Assembly (NCBI GenBank): GCA_041660565.1
Contig: JBAZWC010000001.1
Coordinates: forward strand, 430,481 to 494,480
Length of the DNA stretch: 64,000 nucleotides
Source of the DNA: Patescibacteria group bacterium
GTDB lineage: Bacteria; Patescibacteriota; UBA1384; CAJBMM01
Direction: 5' to 3'
Part shown: positions 1 through 9,120 of the stretch, one piece after another
Layout: every line of letters starts with the position of its first letter
Numbering within the stretch: the first letter of the stretch is position 1
Position numbers and translations under genes: made by a program
The notes under the pieces: model-generated
The model's database searches: none
What the model was told of the DNA's origin: nothing
Seen by the model: the letters and a program-made list of their open reading frames with translations, nothing else

Positions 1-2
1 AT

Positions 3-131
3 GCCGGCACCGGTAGTTATGCAATTCAAGTTACTATTGGAGTAATCTTTGGCGCCGGGTACGCTCTACGTTCGTTTGGCGGGCGTTTTGTCACCAAAAT
101 TAAGCACTATCTGCGTAAAAACAAAGACTAA
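3..131 (+). CDS. 3' end of an upstream gene (partial, likely membrane protein)
   Basis: Frame 3 is open from the window edge to TAA at 129-131. The translation is hydrophobic and Gly/Ala-rich (..VIFGAGYALRSFGG..). Confidence 0.3.
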   Translation, partial: AGTGSYAIQVTIGVIFGAGYALRSFGGRFVTKIKHYLRKNKD

Positions 132-136
132 ACACC

Positions 137-1894
137 GTGAATCTCAAAATGATGGATAATTTTTCCAAGCTCAAATTTAAGAAAAATTTGTACTATTTTT
201 GGTATTGCTTGATTTTGTTTGCGATTTCTTCTTTTCCGTTAATTTCAAACTGGCTATCTAATCGATATCAGGTAACCGCAGCTGATTTGGTTCTGCCGAT
301 TATTTTGAATTCAATAACCGCGCTGGTGGTTGGTGCAATTTTCTGGCGCCAATACAAACAAAACAACTTAATTGGGGTGCTAACAGGCGGATTTACCATT
401 TTGTTCTTGACGCACCAATTTGCTAATCGATTAAATGCGGCTGGCACATTAATCAAAACAATCACCCCGTTTGCTAGTTATTCCACTGGTGTTTCGTTTT
501 TTCAGTACCTGTTTTTTCTGATACTGGTAATTGCAATCATCATGTATTTCTCGCACCGCCTCATTGCATACTTCCGCAACCAAAAATGGGAATTGGTAAT
601 ATGGTATCGTTCCGTAATAATTACCGTAATTACCATCTTTATTGTTCAATCCATGTTGGTCATTAAAATTGTCATTGCAGAATGGGCGCAATTTAGCTAT
701 CGCCCACCAACCCTTTCGGCAAATTTAAATACGACAAATAAACCAGATATTTATTACATCGTTCTAGACAGATACGCCAATCAAAACGTGCTCAAAACCC
801 AATTCAATTTTGATAACGGGGATTTCTTGAATTATTTGGATAAAAACGGCTTCACAGTAAACAATGACGCGCATAGCAACTATCCTTTTACTACGATGTC
901 TATTTCATCAACGATGAATGCCAACTATCAATCCGATATCGTGCAAAAGTTCGGCGGTGCATCTGAACAAACTTTAGAGCCGTTTCACGATTCAATTAGA
1001 TACAGCTCGGTTATTCAATCGCTCAAAAGTGCGGGATACAAATTTATCCAACTAGGCAGCTGGTATGAAGCCAGTAATCAAGCACCGCTTGCAGATCAGA
1101 ATCACCAACCCGACGGCCAACTTATCATACTAAATCATACTTTTACCCTGAATGATTTTGCCAAAAACCATTTAACTAACTCGTGGATTGGGCAAATTGT
1201 CTCTCGCGGACTAAATATTGGCCATTTTTCTGTACTTGGTTACAGCCAAATTAGCGAAGCAGACGCAACATTATATAAAATCCAACACCTCAAAGATTTT
1301 GCCAGCCAGTCTGCGGGCGGACGAGTAATCTTTGCGCACTTTTTAATCCCCCATGAGCCCTATTTGTTTAACGCCGATGGATCGTATTCCACCAACCCCA
1401 CCAGTGACAGCGTGGGAAAGCCGATCAAAACAAAATATACCGACCAAATTAAATTCATCAATAGTCAGATGAAGACCGTGATCGATCAGATCAATAAATC
1501 AAGTAGCAATCAAGCGATTATTGTTCTGCAAGCAGATGAAGGTGCGTATCCGATGCAAATGAACGGTCAGCTAAACGGGCAAGCGATTGAAGAGGAGTTA
1601 TCGGCAAGTGATATGCGCAACTGGTCGGATGCAGATTTGCAAATGAAATATGGAGTTTTAGCCGCATATCACATTCCAAAAGCTTCTGCGGCCCAAATTC
1701 AAACCAGCGCCGATTCGGTTAATGTGTTTCGGTTAATTTTTAATACCTATTTTGATGCCAAAATGGATTATTTACCCAAATGTTATTATGCTTACCCAAA
1801 CGGGCGCGCACAGTCGTTTGTCTTTGCCGATATTACCAAAAGATTGACAGGTAGTGATAACTCCTCCTGCCCCACCAACAGCAATTTTAAGTAG
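137..1894 (+). CDS. polytopic membrane protein with C-terminal sulfatase/LtaS-like (alkaline-phosphatase superfamily) exodomain
   Basis: 585 aa. The N-terminus is multi-TM. The extracytoplasmic part carries YYIVLDRYAN...NYPFTTMSISS and FAHFLIPHEPY, which resemble the LtaS/sulfatase fold. Confidence 0.5.
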   Translation: MNLKMMDNFSKLKFKKNLYYFWYCLILFAISSFPLISNWLSNRYQVTAADLVLPIILNSITALVVGAIFWRQYKQNNLIGVLTGGFTILFLTHQFANRLNAAGTLIKTITPFASYSTGVSFFQYLFFLILVIAIIMYFSHRLIAYFRNQKWELVIWYRSVIITVITIFIVQSMLVIKIVIAEWAQFSYRPPTLSANLNTTNKPDIYYIVLDRYANQNVLKTQFNFDNGDFLNYLDKNGFTVNNDAHSNYPFTTMSISSTMNANYQSDIVQKFGGASEQTLEPFHDSIRYSSVIQSLKSAGYKFIQLGSWYEASNQAPLADQNHQPDGQLIILNHTFTLNDFAKNHLTNSWIGQIVSRGLNIGHFSVLGYSQISEADATLYKIQHLKDFASQSAGGRVIFAHFLIPHEPYLFNADGSYSTNPTSDSVGKPIKTKYTDQIKFINSQMKTVIDQINKSSSNQAIIVLQADEGAYPMQMNGQLNGQAIEEELSASDMRNWSDADLQMKYGVLAAYHIPKASAAQIQTSADSVNVFRLIFNTYFDAKMDYLPKCYYAYPNGRAQSFVFADITKRLTGSDNSSCPTNSNFK

Positions 1895-1916
1895 AGATTA
1901 TTGTCGATTCTATCTT

Positions 1917-1950
1917 TGTCATTCCGGGCTTGACCCGGAATCTATATAAA
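1917..1950. repeat. GTCATTCC hairpin repeat (tgtcATTCCGGGcttgaCCCGGAATctatataaa)
   Basis: Inverted repeat immediately 3' of the stop codon. Near-identical copies lie at 40572-40608 and, in reverse orientation, at 19515-19546 and 38401-38433. Confidence 0.7.
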
Positions 1951-2005
1951 GAATTAGCTCCGCACTTGGTCTAGCACGGAGCTGTTGGGGGTGACGGGTC
2001 GGCGC
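1943..2005. repeat. 63-bp direct repeat, copy 1 (tatataaagaattAGCTCCGcacttggtctagcaCGGAGCTgttgggggtgacgggtcggcgc)
   Basis: Read directly from the sequence: identical to 3076-3138. Contains the hairpin AGCTCCG/CGGAGCT. Confidence 0.85.
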
Positions 2006-2239
2006 AGCCACCACCATGCTAGTGATGCAGTCGAGTATCCGCCTCTCCTTTTTGCTGCTGACTTATAGCTGGCAGCAGATACAAGATATGTTGACCATAC
2101 AATAGCAAAGATAAATGGTTTTGACACAATGATATTTTGATCAATATGTGTAATTATGATATACTTACGCTGTTTTTCAACGATCGTTCGTTAACATACC
2201 TCTGACACTATCGTACGCCACCCGAAAGGACATACGGAT

Positions 2240-2980
2240 ATGACAGACCAGGTGTTGGACGAGCGTTTTCAGGCAATGAAAACGTTGTTCACGCAGTTGC
2301 CTGAGCTAGTGGAATACCTTGCTCGTAAAGGCAGCATACATTCACAGCAAGTCTGCCAAGCGATCACGGGGAAGCCGGACTATCGGACTGCGCTTGATAA
2401 TGCAGATGACCCATGGATGTTAGCAAGCTTCTTGCGCGTCGAGATGGACACCGAAGTCCTTAGGCTGATCAAGCAATACCTGAACGATCATCCGCAAAAG
2501 TGGCTTCTGGTCTATGCCCGTCCCGCCTGCACAACGGTGCTATGCCCGTACAAGGCAGAGAGCATGTACGCAGTGCTATATCGCAGTCTATCCGAGATGG
2601 TTGACGGTGGAGTTGTCGGTCTCGATGCTACCCAAGTCATCCGATCAATCCTGTGCGATCATGACCAACACGACGCACGACGTTCTTCTTACATGCTTGG
2701 TGCGGCGGCGGTGATCGTCGATCTAACCGAGCAATTGTGCCGTGCCAAGGCAGAACTGGCGGCGCTACGAGACACGCATGACCCAGCGGGTCAGAAACAG
2801 ACCCAATGCATGTTTTGCCCAGACACTGCTGTCTGGGAGCGACATACCCAATTCACTGGCATTCATCCGTTCTGCCAGAAGCATGCTGAGCTCGAATCCG
2901 ACTTCGGTAAGGATGGCGTCGACAACTTCTTCTGGGTGAGGGTTGAGGAGGTTTCCACGGAGGAAACGTGGTCAATCTAG
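2240..2980 (+). CDS. hypothetical protein (GC-rich; C-terminal Cys/His cluster CMFCPD...HPFCQKH)
   Basis: 246-aa ORF of roughly 58% GC in a low-GC genome. It is bounded on both sides by the 63-bp direct repeat. I recognise no fold. Confidence 0.5.
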   Translation: MTDQVLDERFQAMKTLFTQLPELVEYLARKGSIHSQQVCQAITGKPDYRTALDNADDPWMLASFLRVEMDTEVLRLIKQYLNDHPQKWLLVYARPACTTVLCPYKAESMYAVLYRSLSEMVDGGVVGLDATQVIRSILCDHDQHDARRSSYMLGAAAVIVDLTEQLCRAKAELAALRDTHDPAGQKQTQCMFCPDTAVWERHTQFTGIHPFCQKHAELESDFGKDGVDNFFWVRVEEVSTEETWSI

Positions 2981-3075
2981 GTATCGAAAGCAGATGCCAT
3001 GCCCAATAACCCAAGTGCCCATCGGATCGTCGCTTCCGATGGGCTTCGTTTTACGTCAAGAAATAAGTCTGAAAA

Positions 3076-3138
3076 ATATATAAAGAATTAGCTCCGCACT
3101 TGGTCTAGCACGGAGCTGTTGGGGGTGACGGGTCGGCG
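3076..3138. repeat. 63-bp direct repeat, copy 2
   Basis: Perfect copy of 1943-2005, lying 96 bp after the stop of the 2240..2980 gene. Confidence 0.85.
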
Positions 3139-3140
3139 CT

Positions 3141-3380
3141 TCATTGTGTCTTGTCTTCCAGGCAGAAAGGCACGCTGTTGCGCGCGATCTCTTCGTCATC
3201 GAACGGACCGAATTCATTACGATACTTGGGGGCGCGACGACGCACCGGTTTGTTGGCTACATCGTCAGGCACGTCTGGTTTTGGATCGGGTAGCTGCTTC
3301 AGCCGCGCCTTCTCCTTCATACGTGCGAGGCGGTGAACCAACCATGCAGCCACCACCACGCCAATGATGCTGTCAAGCAC
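3141..3380 (-). CDS. small membrane protein (N-terminal TM, basic/Pro-rich tail)
   Basis: 79 aa. Overlaps the upstream small membrane ORF by 8 nt, which suggests translational coupling. GC-rich. Confidence 0.4.
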   Translation of the reverse strand: MLDSIIGVVVAAWLVHRLARMKEKARLKQLPDPKPDVPDDVANKPVRRRAPKYRNEFGPFDDEEIARNSVPFCLEDKTQ

Positions 3381-3603
3381 GTGGATCTCCTTTCCGTCGC
3401 CTGGGCTCCCGGGGTGCTGGAATCCGGCGGGGTCGTTCTCCCGGTTCGTTGGTTGGTTCGCTGAGATAGGTGGTATGGGTCACGCCTCTTTTGATGATCG
3501 AGGTACCTTGTTTCGGCTTCCAAGTCACGAGCCACACACCAATGCCAGTTAGTGCAACAACGAAGGCAATCATGCCCAACGCCACAAACGCAGTCTGAAG
3601 CAT
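3373..3603 (-). CDS. small membrane protein (N-terminal TM, Arg/Pro-rich tail)
   Basis: 76 aa. Sits downstream of the repeated promoter-like box at 3692-3717. Confidence 0.4.
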   Translation of the reverse strand: MLQTAFVALGMIAFVVALTGIGVWLVTWKPKQGTSIIKRGVTHTTYLSEPTNEPGERPRRIPAPREPRRRKGDPRA

Positions 3604-3691
3604 CTCGCGCTCCTTGTCCTATCCGGTACTTATGAAAGTGCACTGCTTCAGCACCAGCTGAGATCTCCCTTCTGCGGAAGTCCTACCGTAG

Positions 3692-3717
3692 ACAGATACT
3701 ATCGTTATATCATATTT
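3692..3717 (-). promoter_or_regulatory. repeated promoter-like box cagatactatcgttatatcatatttt (copy 1)
   Basis: An identical 26-mer recurs at 4354-4379. Both copies lie 40-90 bp upstream of minus-strand genes. On the coding strand it reads aaaatatgatataacgatagtatctg. Confidence 0.45.
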
Positions 3718-3723
3718 TAATCC

Positions 3724-3781
3724 AATAAAGAATCAGCTCCGAGCGGGTGCACGGAGCTGAAAGAACCAGGAGTCGGGCGTC
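3724..3781. repeat. variant of the 63-bp boundary repeat (aataaagaatcAGCTCCGagcgggtgcaCGGAGCTgaaagaaccaggagtcgggcgtc)
   Basis: Same architecture as 1943-2005 (AGCTCCG hairpin followed by a G-rich tail). Lies between two minus-strand genes. Confidence 0.6.
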
Positions 3782-4317
3782 TACCGAGAGGGTTGGTAGT
3801 GTCCGAGCAACCACAGGAAAGCGAACACCTTGTGTTCGACGGGATCGCCCCGGATCACGGCCGTAAAGCGGCGAGCGCCTATCGCGTACTGGTCGAAGAT
3901 GAACTCGGCCGGAATGTCGTCCGGTGTCGGGTGGAGACTGGGGTCGAGTAGGCCCATGAAGTCGGCGGAAACCTCACTGGGGCTGTCAACCGAGATAATC
4001 CACTGGTCCCCGGGTTTCATCACCAGCGTCAGCCCGTCTTTCCGGATAACCTCTACTACCGGCATCATGACGCTACCAGGAATCTCGAATTCGGCAACCA
4101 CGTTCAGGCAACCATTCTCCGCCTGAGCGAACGCATCAAGGCCATTTATCCCCAGGGCATCCGGGACCGCACTCCTGACGAAGTTGAGGCATCTCCAGAA
4201 CTGGCTTCCCAGCCGTTCCAGAACCTCATCCGGCCGATTGGGGCAACTAATGCTGCCTGGAGGGTTGAGTGTCTTCCAGCCATGCAACGATCTACGATCT
4301 ATCTTGGTGCACCGCAT
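3781..4317 (-). CDS. hypothetical protein (GC-rich island)
   Basis: 178-aa ORF with no recognisable motif. Its upstream region carries copy 2 of the 26-mer box. Confidence 0.45.
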   Translation of the reverse strand: MRCTKIDRRSLHGWKTLNPPGSISCPNRPDEVLERLGSQFWRCLNFVRSAVPDALGINGLDAFAQAENGCLNVVAEFEIPGSVMMPVVEVIRKDGLTLVMKPGDQWIISVDSPSEVSADFMGLLDPSLHPTPDDIPAEFIFDQYAIGARRFTAVIRGDPVEHKVFAFLWLLGHYQPSR

Positions 4318-4353
4318 GATCGTATCCTCTCTGTGAAGGTTCTTGTCGTACGT

Positions 4354-4379
4354 CAGATACTATCGTTATATCATATTTT
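4354..4379 (-). promoter_or_regulatory. repeated promoter-like box (copy 2)
   Basis: Identical to 3692-3717. Confidence 0.45.
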
Positions 4380-4457
4380 CATAAAAAAAAGGGTTTGACG
4401 TCTACCTATTTTGTTTTTCGTGAAAAAATGTTAAAATATGAGTTAGGTGATAAATAA

Positions 4458-4534
<77 letters not shown>

Positions 4535-4704
4535 TATCGCACCATCTTGCGAAATCACTCATTTCAGGCACCCATCTTGCGGAATAACACATTTGGATAC
4601 TCGTTTCACTCGCATCCAATTACAGAATGCTCGCTTTGGTCGCATTCTGAGCGCGTTATTCTACGCAAGTGGATGCTCGCTCGGGCGACGATACGCCCTC
4701 GCTC

Positions 4705-4780
4705 GCACCCATAGCTCAACTGGCAGAGCAGCTCCCTCTTAAGGAGAAGGTTACAGGTTCGATTCCTGTTGGGTGCACCA
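4705..4780 (+). tRNA. tRNA-Lys (anticodon CTT)
   Basis: GCACCCATAGCTCAACTGGCAGAGCAG..ctcttaa..GGTTCGATTCC..GGGTGCACCA. Confidence 0.85.
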
Positions 4781-4785
4781 AAAAT

Positions 4786-4810
4786 TCGACGTTTATCGTC
4801 GTTTTTTTAA
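4786..4810 (+). terminator. intrinsic terminator after tRNA-Lys
   Basis: CGACG-tttat-CGTCG followed by a T7 run. Confidence 0.6.
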
Positions 4811-4916
4811 TCCCTAAAAAATCCCTTGTTATCCATCGTTTTCCATGAGACAAAAATATTTGACTTTAGACCAGATAAATATTAGCTTAAAGGTATAGTA
4901 ACAAAGAAAGGAAACT

Positions 4917-6065
4917 ATGAAATTTCGCATATTTGTGGTGGCGTTATTCTTGTCCGGATTTATGGCAATCCCAGCCTACGCAGCGGATTTAAAAGCACCT
5001 GAGAGCCCATCCACCAACGTAACCGTTGGCACAGACACGGTTTGGAATAACTTATATGTCGCCGGCTCTAACGTGACTGTTGACGCTCCGGTTTTGAAAG
5101 ATTTGGTTGCAGCTGGCGGCAACGTAACGGTCAATGACCCGGTTGCGCACAGCGTTTTGATCGCTGGTGGCACGGTCTCACTAAAATCAGATGTAGGCCA
5201 GAACGTGCGCGTAATGGGTGGCACGGTTGATATTACCGGCAGCATTGGCGAGGATTTGTTGGTTGCCGGAGGCACCGTTACCATAGATTCAAACACCGTA
5301 GTTAAAGGTGATCTACTAGTAGCCGGTGGCACAGTAACCGTTAACGGTAAGGTTGATGGCACACTCAGAGCAACTGGCGGCGATATCATCATCAACGGAC
5401 AAGTAGGTAAAGACGTTATTGCTAAACAAATCAGCACCCTCGAGCTGGGAAGCACATCAGTTATCGGCGGCAAACTGTCCTATTCATCACCTGTTGAAGC
5501 CACTATTGCCACCACCGCGCGAGTCGTTGGCGGCGTTGATTATCAAAAAATTAGTTACCACAACAACGGCGTGGGTGATTCTTTGGCCGGTTTGTTAGTG
5601 TTTAGCGCCCTAATGAAGGCGTTGGCGTGGCTGGTAATGGCTTTGATTTTAGTTTACGGATTTGCCCGCTCTACCGCACACGTTGTCGAACAAAACAAAA
5701 CCAAATTTGGCTTATCACTAGGCATTGGTTTTATCGCAATTATTGTTGTTCCAGTATCCATCGTCTTATTCACGGTTTCACTAATTGGCTCAAGCTTGGC
5801 CGCTGTTTTAGGATTATTGTTCATTCTTGCTTTAATTCTTTCGGGGGCATTTGCGGCAATCTGGATTGGATCAGAGATCGTACGATTAATATCAAAGTCT
5901 AAAACTGCCCGCCTTGACTGGCTATCGGCACTAATTGGCGTGATTGCATTAATGGTTTTGGGCGTCATTCCGGTGTTGGGTTGGCTTGCTTGCGGTGTAA
6001 TATTCCTATCAACCTTTGGTGTATTAGTACGAATATTATGGTCTCATTTTCCACAAAAGGCCTAA
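4917..6065 (+). CDS. secreted/membrane protein with beta-helical (bactofilin-like AGG-x-V-x-V) repeats and C-terminal TM segments
   Basis: Signal peptide, reiterated VAGGNVTV/VAGGTVTI motifs, three or more C-terminal TM helices. RBS aaaggaaa. Confidence 0.5.
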   Translation: MKFRIFVVALFLSGFMAIPAYAADLKAPESPSTNVTVGTDTVWNNLYVAGSNVTVDAPVLKDLVAAGGNVTVNDPVAHSVLIAGGTVSLKSDVGQNVRVMGGTVDITGSIGEDLLVAGGTVTIDSNTVVKGDLLVAGGTVTVNGKVDGTLRATGGDIIINGQVGKDVIAKQISTLELGSTSVIGGKLSYSSPVEATIATTARVVGGVDYQKISYHNNGVGDSLAGLLVFSALMKALAWLVMALILVYGFARSTAHVVEQNKTKFGLSLGIGFIAIIVVPVSIVLFTVSLIGSSLAAVLGLLFILALILSGAFAAIWIGSEIVRLISKSKTARLDWLSALIGVIALMVLGVIPVLGWLACGVIFLSTFGVLVRILWSHFPQKA

Positions 6066-6234
6066 CTAGCAACACATTTATAGCTCTGGTTATATTAACG
6101 TATTAACATGTAATCAGGGCAATACTGTTATCAATTAAATAAATATTCGACCTCCCAATCGGTCAAATATATCCAATTTATCCAATTGGAAGATACCATT
6201 AGTTTGAGATTAACTTACGGTTGTGCGCCGACTT

Positions 6235-6852
6235 TTATGAATGCACAATAAATCCGCGAATGATTGGAGAATTTAATAGAATCTTTCGCTTAGATACCCA
6301 TCCGGAAAAATAGTTACGCTCAATTACTTCAATAGTATTACCGTTAATCGAGGTAACCACCGCTGCGTGGCCGGGACGACTCTCGGTTGTAATCAAAACC
6401 GCACCATCTTCCGGAATATTTGAGTTCGGTTTATTCGAGATTGCAGCACCGGAAATGTTGATACCACTAACCGCTCTGGCAAATGGAACACATTGACCGG
6501 ATTCGGGGTACAATTTTACCGCATCAGTTACTGCTAGAATTAGAGAATTGATTTTTTTCGATGCCAAAGCTTTAGCTCTTGCTTCAGCCTGTCTTTTATT
6601 TACAATAGTTTGGTTTGAGTCACCCACAGTAATGGTAAGCGTTTTGGCGACACAAATAGCACCAGCAGATTTCGTTGAAATATTAATTTCACATTCTGGG
6701 TTTGAAGATGGGATATTCTCTGACTGTGCGTGAATTGCGGGCGGTGTTTGAAAAGGTAATGTGCTAATGGCAATTGCCAGTAGCCACCGCGCGGCTTTTG
6801 ACGTACAAATACAAAACTCCTTGTTATACGGAAGAAGAAAGTTAAGCCCCAC
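6235..6852 (-). CDS. secreted CHAP-domain peptidoglycan hydrolase-like protein
   Basis: C-terminal Cys...His arrangement (GQCVPFAR...GHAAVVTS..IEVIERNY) typical of CHAP amidase/peptidase. N-terminal signal sequence. Confidence 0.5.
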   Translation of the reverse strand: MGLNFLLPYNKEFCICTSKAARWLLAIAISTLPFQTPPAIHAQSENIPSSNPECEINISTKSAGAICVAKTLTITVGDSNQTIVNKRQAEARAKALASKKINSLILAVTDAVKLYPESGQCVPFARAVSGINISGAAISNKPNSNIPEDGAVLITTESRPGHAAVVTSINGNTIEVIERNYFSGWVSKRKILLNSPIIRGFIVHS

Positions 6853-7054
6853 TCACTTTGTTCTTATCAGTAAGCACAAAAAAAGTATGACATAATCATA
6901 CTTCTACTCATTTCTTACCGACCTATACATTCTACAGCACAGCGCAATAAATGTCAACCCCTTTATGAAAAAATCAGGCGATAATCGGCTCAAGATTATC
7001 TAAGTAACTTAAGTATCTTAGGTTACTTAATGTGCCCGCGAGATAGTTGTCAAA

Positions 7055-8005
7055 ATGGCTATCAATCTTTATAATGAGTTAGGAGAAAAAGTGGAAAATA
7101 TCATTACAGTCAAAAATTTGAAGAAAGCTTATGGATCGCTAAAAGCGGTTGATAATATCTCATTTGAGGTCAAAAAAGGTGAAATATTCGGTTTATTAGG
7201 CGAAAACGGCGCCGGCAAAACCACTACTTTAGAAATGATTGAGGGTTTACGAAAGCCCACCAGTGGAGAAATTAAGGTACTAAATTTTGACATTCGCCAC
7301 GATTTATCCAAGATCAAACACATTATCGGTGTCCAGCTTCAGTCTTCGGCCTATTTTGGCTTCCTTACACTGGTTGAAATATTAGATTTATTCGGCAGTT
7401 TTTACCAAAAAACCGTTAATCCGATGGAGTTGTTAGAGCTTGTAGATCTTAAAGACAAGGCAAAATCATACATCAATAACCTATCTGGCGGGCAACGTCA
7501 GCGATTTTCGATTGTGGCAAGCCTGGTAAATGACCCGCAAATTGTCTTTTTAGACGAGCCAACGACCGGCCTAGACCCAATTGCCAGACGTAATTTATGG
7601 GATTTAATCATTAAAATTAAGGCGCAAGGCAAAACTATTGTGTTAACTACCCATTATATGGAAGAGGCCGAAATTTTGTGTGATCGTATTGGCATTATGG
7701 ATTCGGGCAAAATTGTAGCGCTTGATAAAACCCACAATTTGATTGAAAAAGTAAAACATCCCTACAAAATCCACTTCATTACCCCAAACCTATCTCAAAA
7801 ATCGTTTGATGCTCTCAATAAAATTGGCATTTTAGAAGAACTGGCGGGAAAATCGCACCATTATGAGCTCAGATTACACACGAAACACGATCTAAACGAC
7901 TCTTTGTCACTAGTGCAAAAAACCGACCCCGAAAGTCTGTCTGTCGGCCGCGCCAGCTTAGAAGACGTGTTTATTGAACTTACCGGAAAAACATTGAAAG
8001 ATTAA
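7055..8005 (+). CDS. ABC transporter ATP-binding protein (ABC-2 type)
   Basis: Walker A GENGAGKTT, signature LSGGQRQR, Walker B VFLDEPT. Confidence 0.85.
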   Translation: MAINLYNELGEKVENIITVKNLKKAYGSLKAVDNISFEVKKGEIFGLLGENGAGKTTTLEMIEGLRKPTSGEIKVLNFDIRHDLSKIKHIIGVQLQSSAYFGFLTLVEILDLFGSFYQKTVNPMELLELVDLKDKAKSYINNLSGGQRQRFSIVASLVNDPQIVFLDEPTTGLDPIARRNLWDLIIKIKAQGKTIVLTTHYMEEAEILCDRIGIMDSGKIVALDKTHNLIEKVKHPYKIHFITPNLSQKSFDALNKIGILEELAGKSHHYELRLHTKHDLNDSLSLVQKTDPESLSVGRASLEDVFIELTGKTLKD

Positions 8006-8006
8006 G

Positions 8007-9089
8007 ATGATAAAACTATTTATTGCCGATATTAAATTACTTTTCCGAAACAAACAACAATTGTTTTGGTCACTAATGTTTCCGCTCATTTTCACCGTAA
8101 TATTTGGCTTTTTCTTCGGAAGCGACACCACTTCCGCCGGTACGGTAGCATTAATTAACAATGCCAATACTCCGGTAGCATCATCGCTTGAATCTGTCAT
8201 GAACAGCGCCAAAGTATTCAAGGTACAAAAAGAAACCAACATAGATGATGCCAAAAAATTGCTAAAAAACAGCAAAGTGGTGGCGGTGGTGGTAATCCCA
8301 GCCGATTTTGGGGCGCAATCGGTATCCGCTTCAAAAAATCTACAACTAATTTCCGATCCCGGCAATGCGCAGTCAAATTCGATTGTAAGCGGATTTTTGA
8401 ATCAGTTCCTAACTACCCTCAATTTTCAATCGCAAGGAATCAAACCGATCTATGGCATTGATCAACAAAACACCAGCACCAATACATTTAATTACTTCGA
8501 CTTTGTGCTGGTTGGATTGATTGGAATGGCATTAATGAACAGCTCGGTTCAGGGCGTGGCAATTTCGATGGCGCAATACAGAGACGATCAAATTTTGAAG
8601 CGAGTTACGACCACCCCGTTGCCATCGTGGAAATTTATTATCGCTCAGGTATTATCACGCTTAATTGTGAACGTTATCCAAGTTGGCTTAATTTTGGGAA
8701 TCGGCGTCTACGCTTTCAACGGGCACATTTACGGCAATTTGGGTATGATTTTTGCACTAGCGATGCTTGGTGGGATTTTATTCCAGCTGCTCGGGTTCAC
8801 CGTGGCAAGCTTAACTAAAACCACTCAAGCGGCAGAAGGCATGGCCACCGCGGTTACTATTCCAATGATGTTTTTAGCCGGTGTCTTTTTTCCGATCGAT
8901 TCATTACCAAAATGGCTAAACAGCATTGTGCAGTATCTACCGTTAGCACCGTTATTAAGAATGATCCGAACGGCAGGTTTAGAAGCGGTTTCACCATTCG
9001 AAAATCCGATCAATATAGTGATTGTCTGTGGTTGGATTGTTATCCTATTGGCTATTTCATCTCTCAAATTCAAAATGAACCCGGAATAA
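8007..9089 (+). CDS. ABC-2 family transporter permease
   Basis: Starts 2 nt after the ATPase stop. Six predicted TM helices with a large first external loop. Confidence 0.75.
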   Translation: MIKLFIADIKLLFRNKQQLFWSLMFPLIFTVIFGFFFGSDTTSAGTVALINNANTPVASSLESVMNSAKVFKVQKETNIDDAKKLLKNSKVVAVVVIPADFGAQSVSASKNLQLISDPGNAQSNSIVSGFLNQFLTTLNFQSQGIKPIYGIDQQNTSTNTFNYFDFVLVGLIGMALMNSSVQGVAISMAQYRDDQILKRVTTTPLPSWKFIIAQVLSRLIVNVIQVGLILGIGVYAFNGHIYGNLGMIFALAMLGGILFQLLGFTVASLTKTTQAAEGMATAVTIPMMFLAGVFFPIDSLPKWLNSIVQYLPLAPLLRMIRTAGLEAVSPFENPINIVIVCGWIVILLAISSLKFKMNPE

Positions 9090-9120
9090 GCAACGATCTC
9101 GAGCAAATATCGTAATGGTT

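Noticed and set aside
1943-3138. Integron gene cassette with attC sites
   Set aside because: The repeats are perfect direct copies with a simple hairpin and lack the R''-L''/L'-R' core-site pairs (GTTRRRY). No intI, attI or Pc are present. Cassette orientation is mixed and genes carry their own promoters.
4535-4704. Small RNA or tRNA remnant in the Arg-Lys tRNA spacer
   Set aside because: It contains short direct and inverted repeats (caccatcttgcgaaat.. / cacccatcttgcggaat..) but no cloverleaf or conserved motif, which is insufficient for a call.
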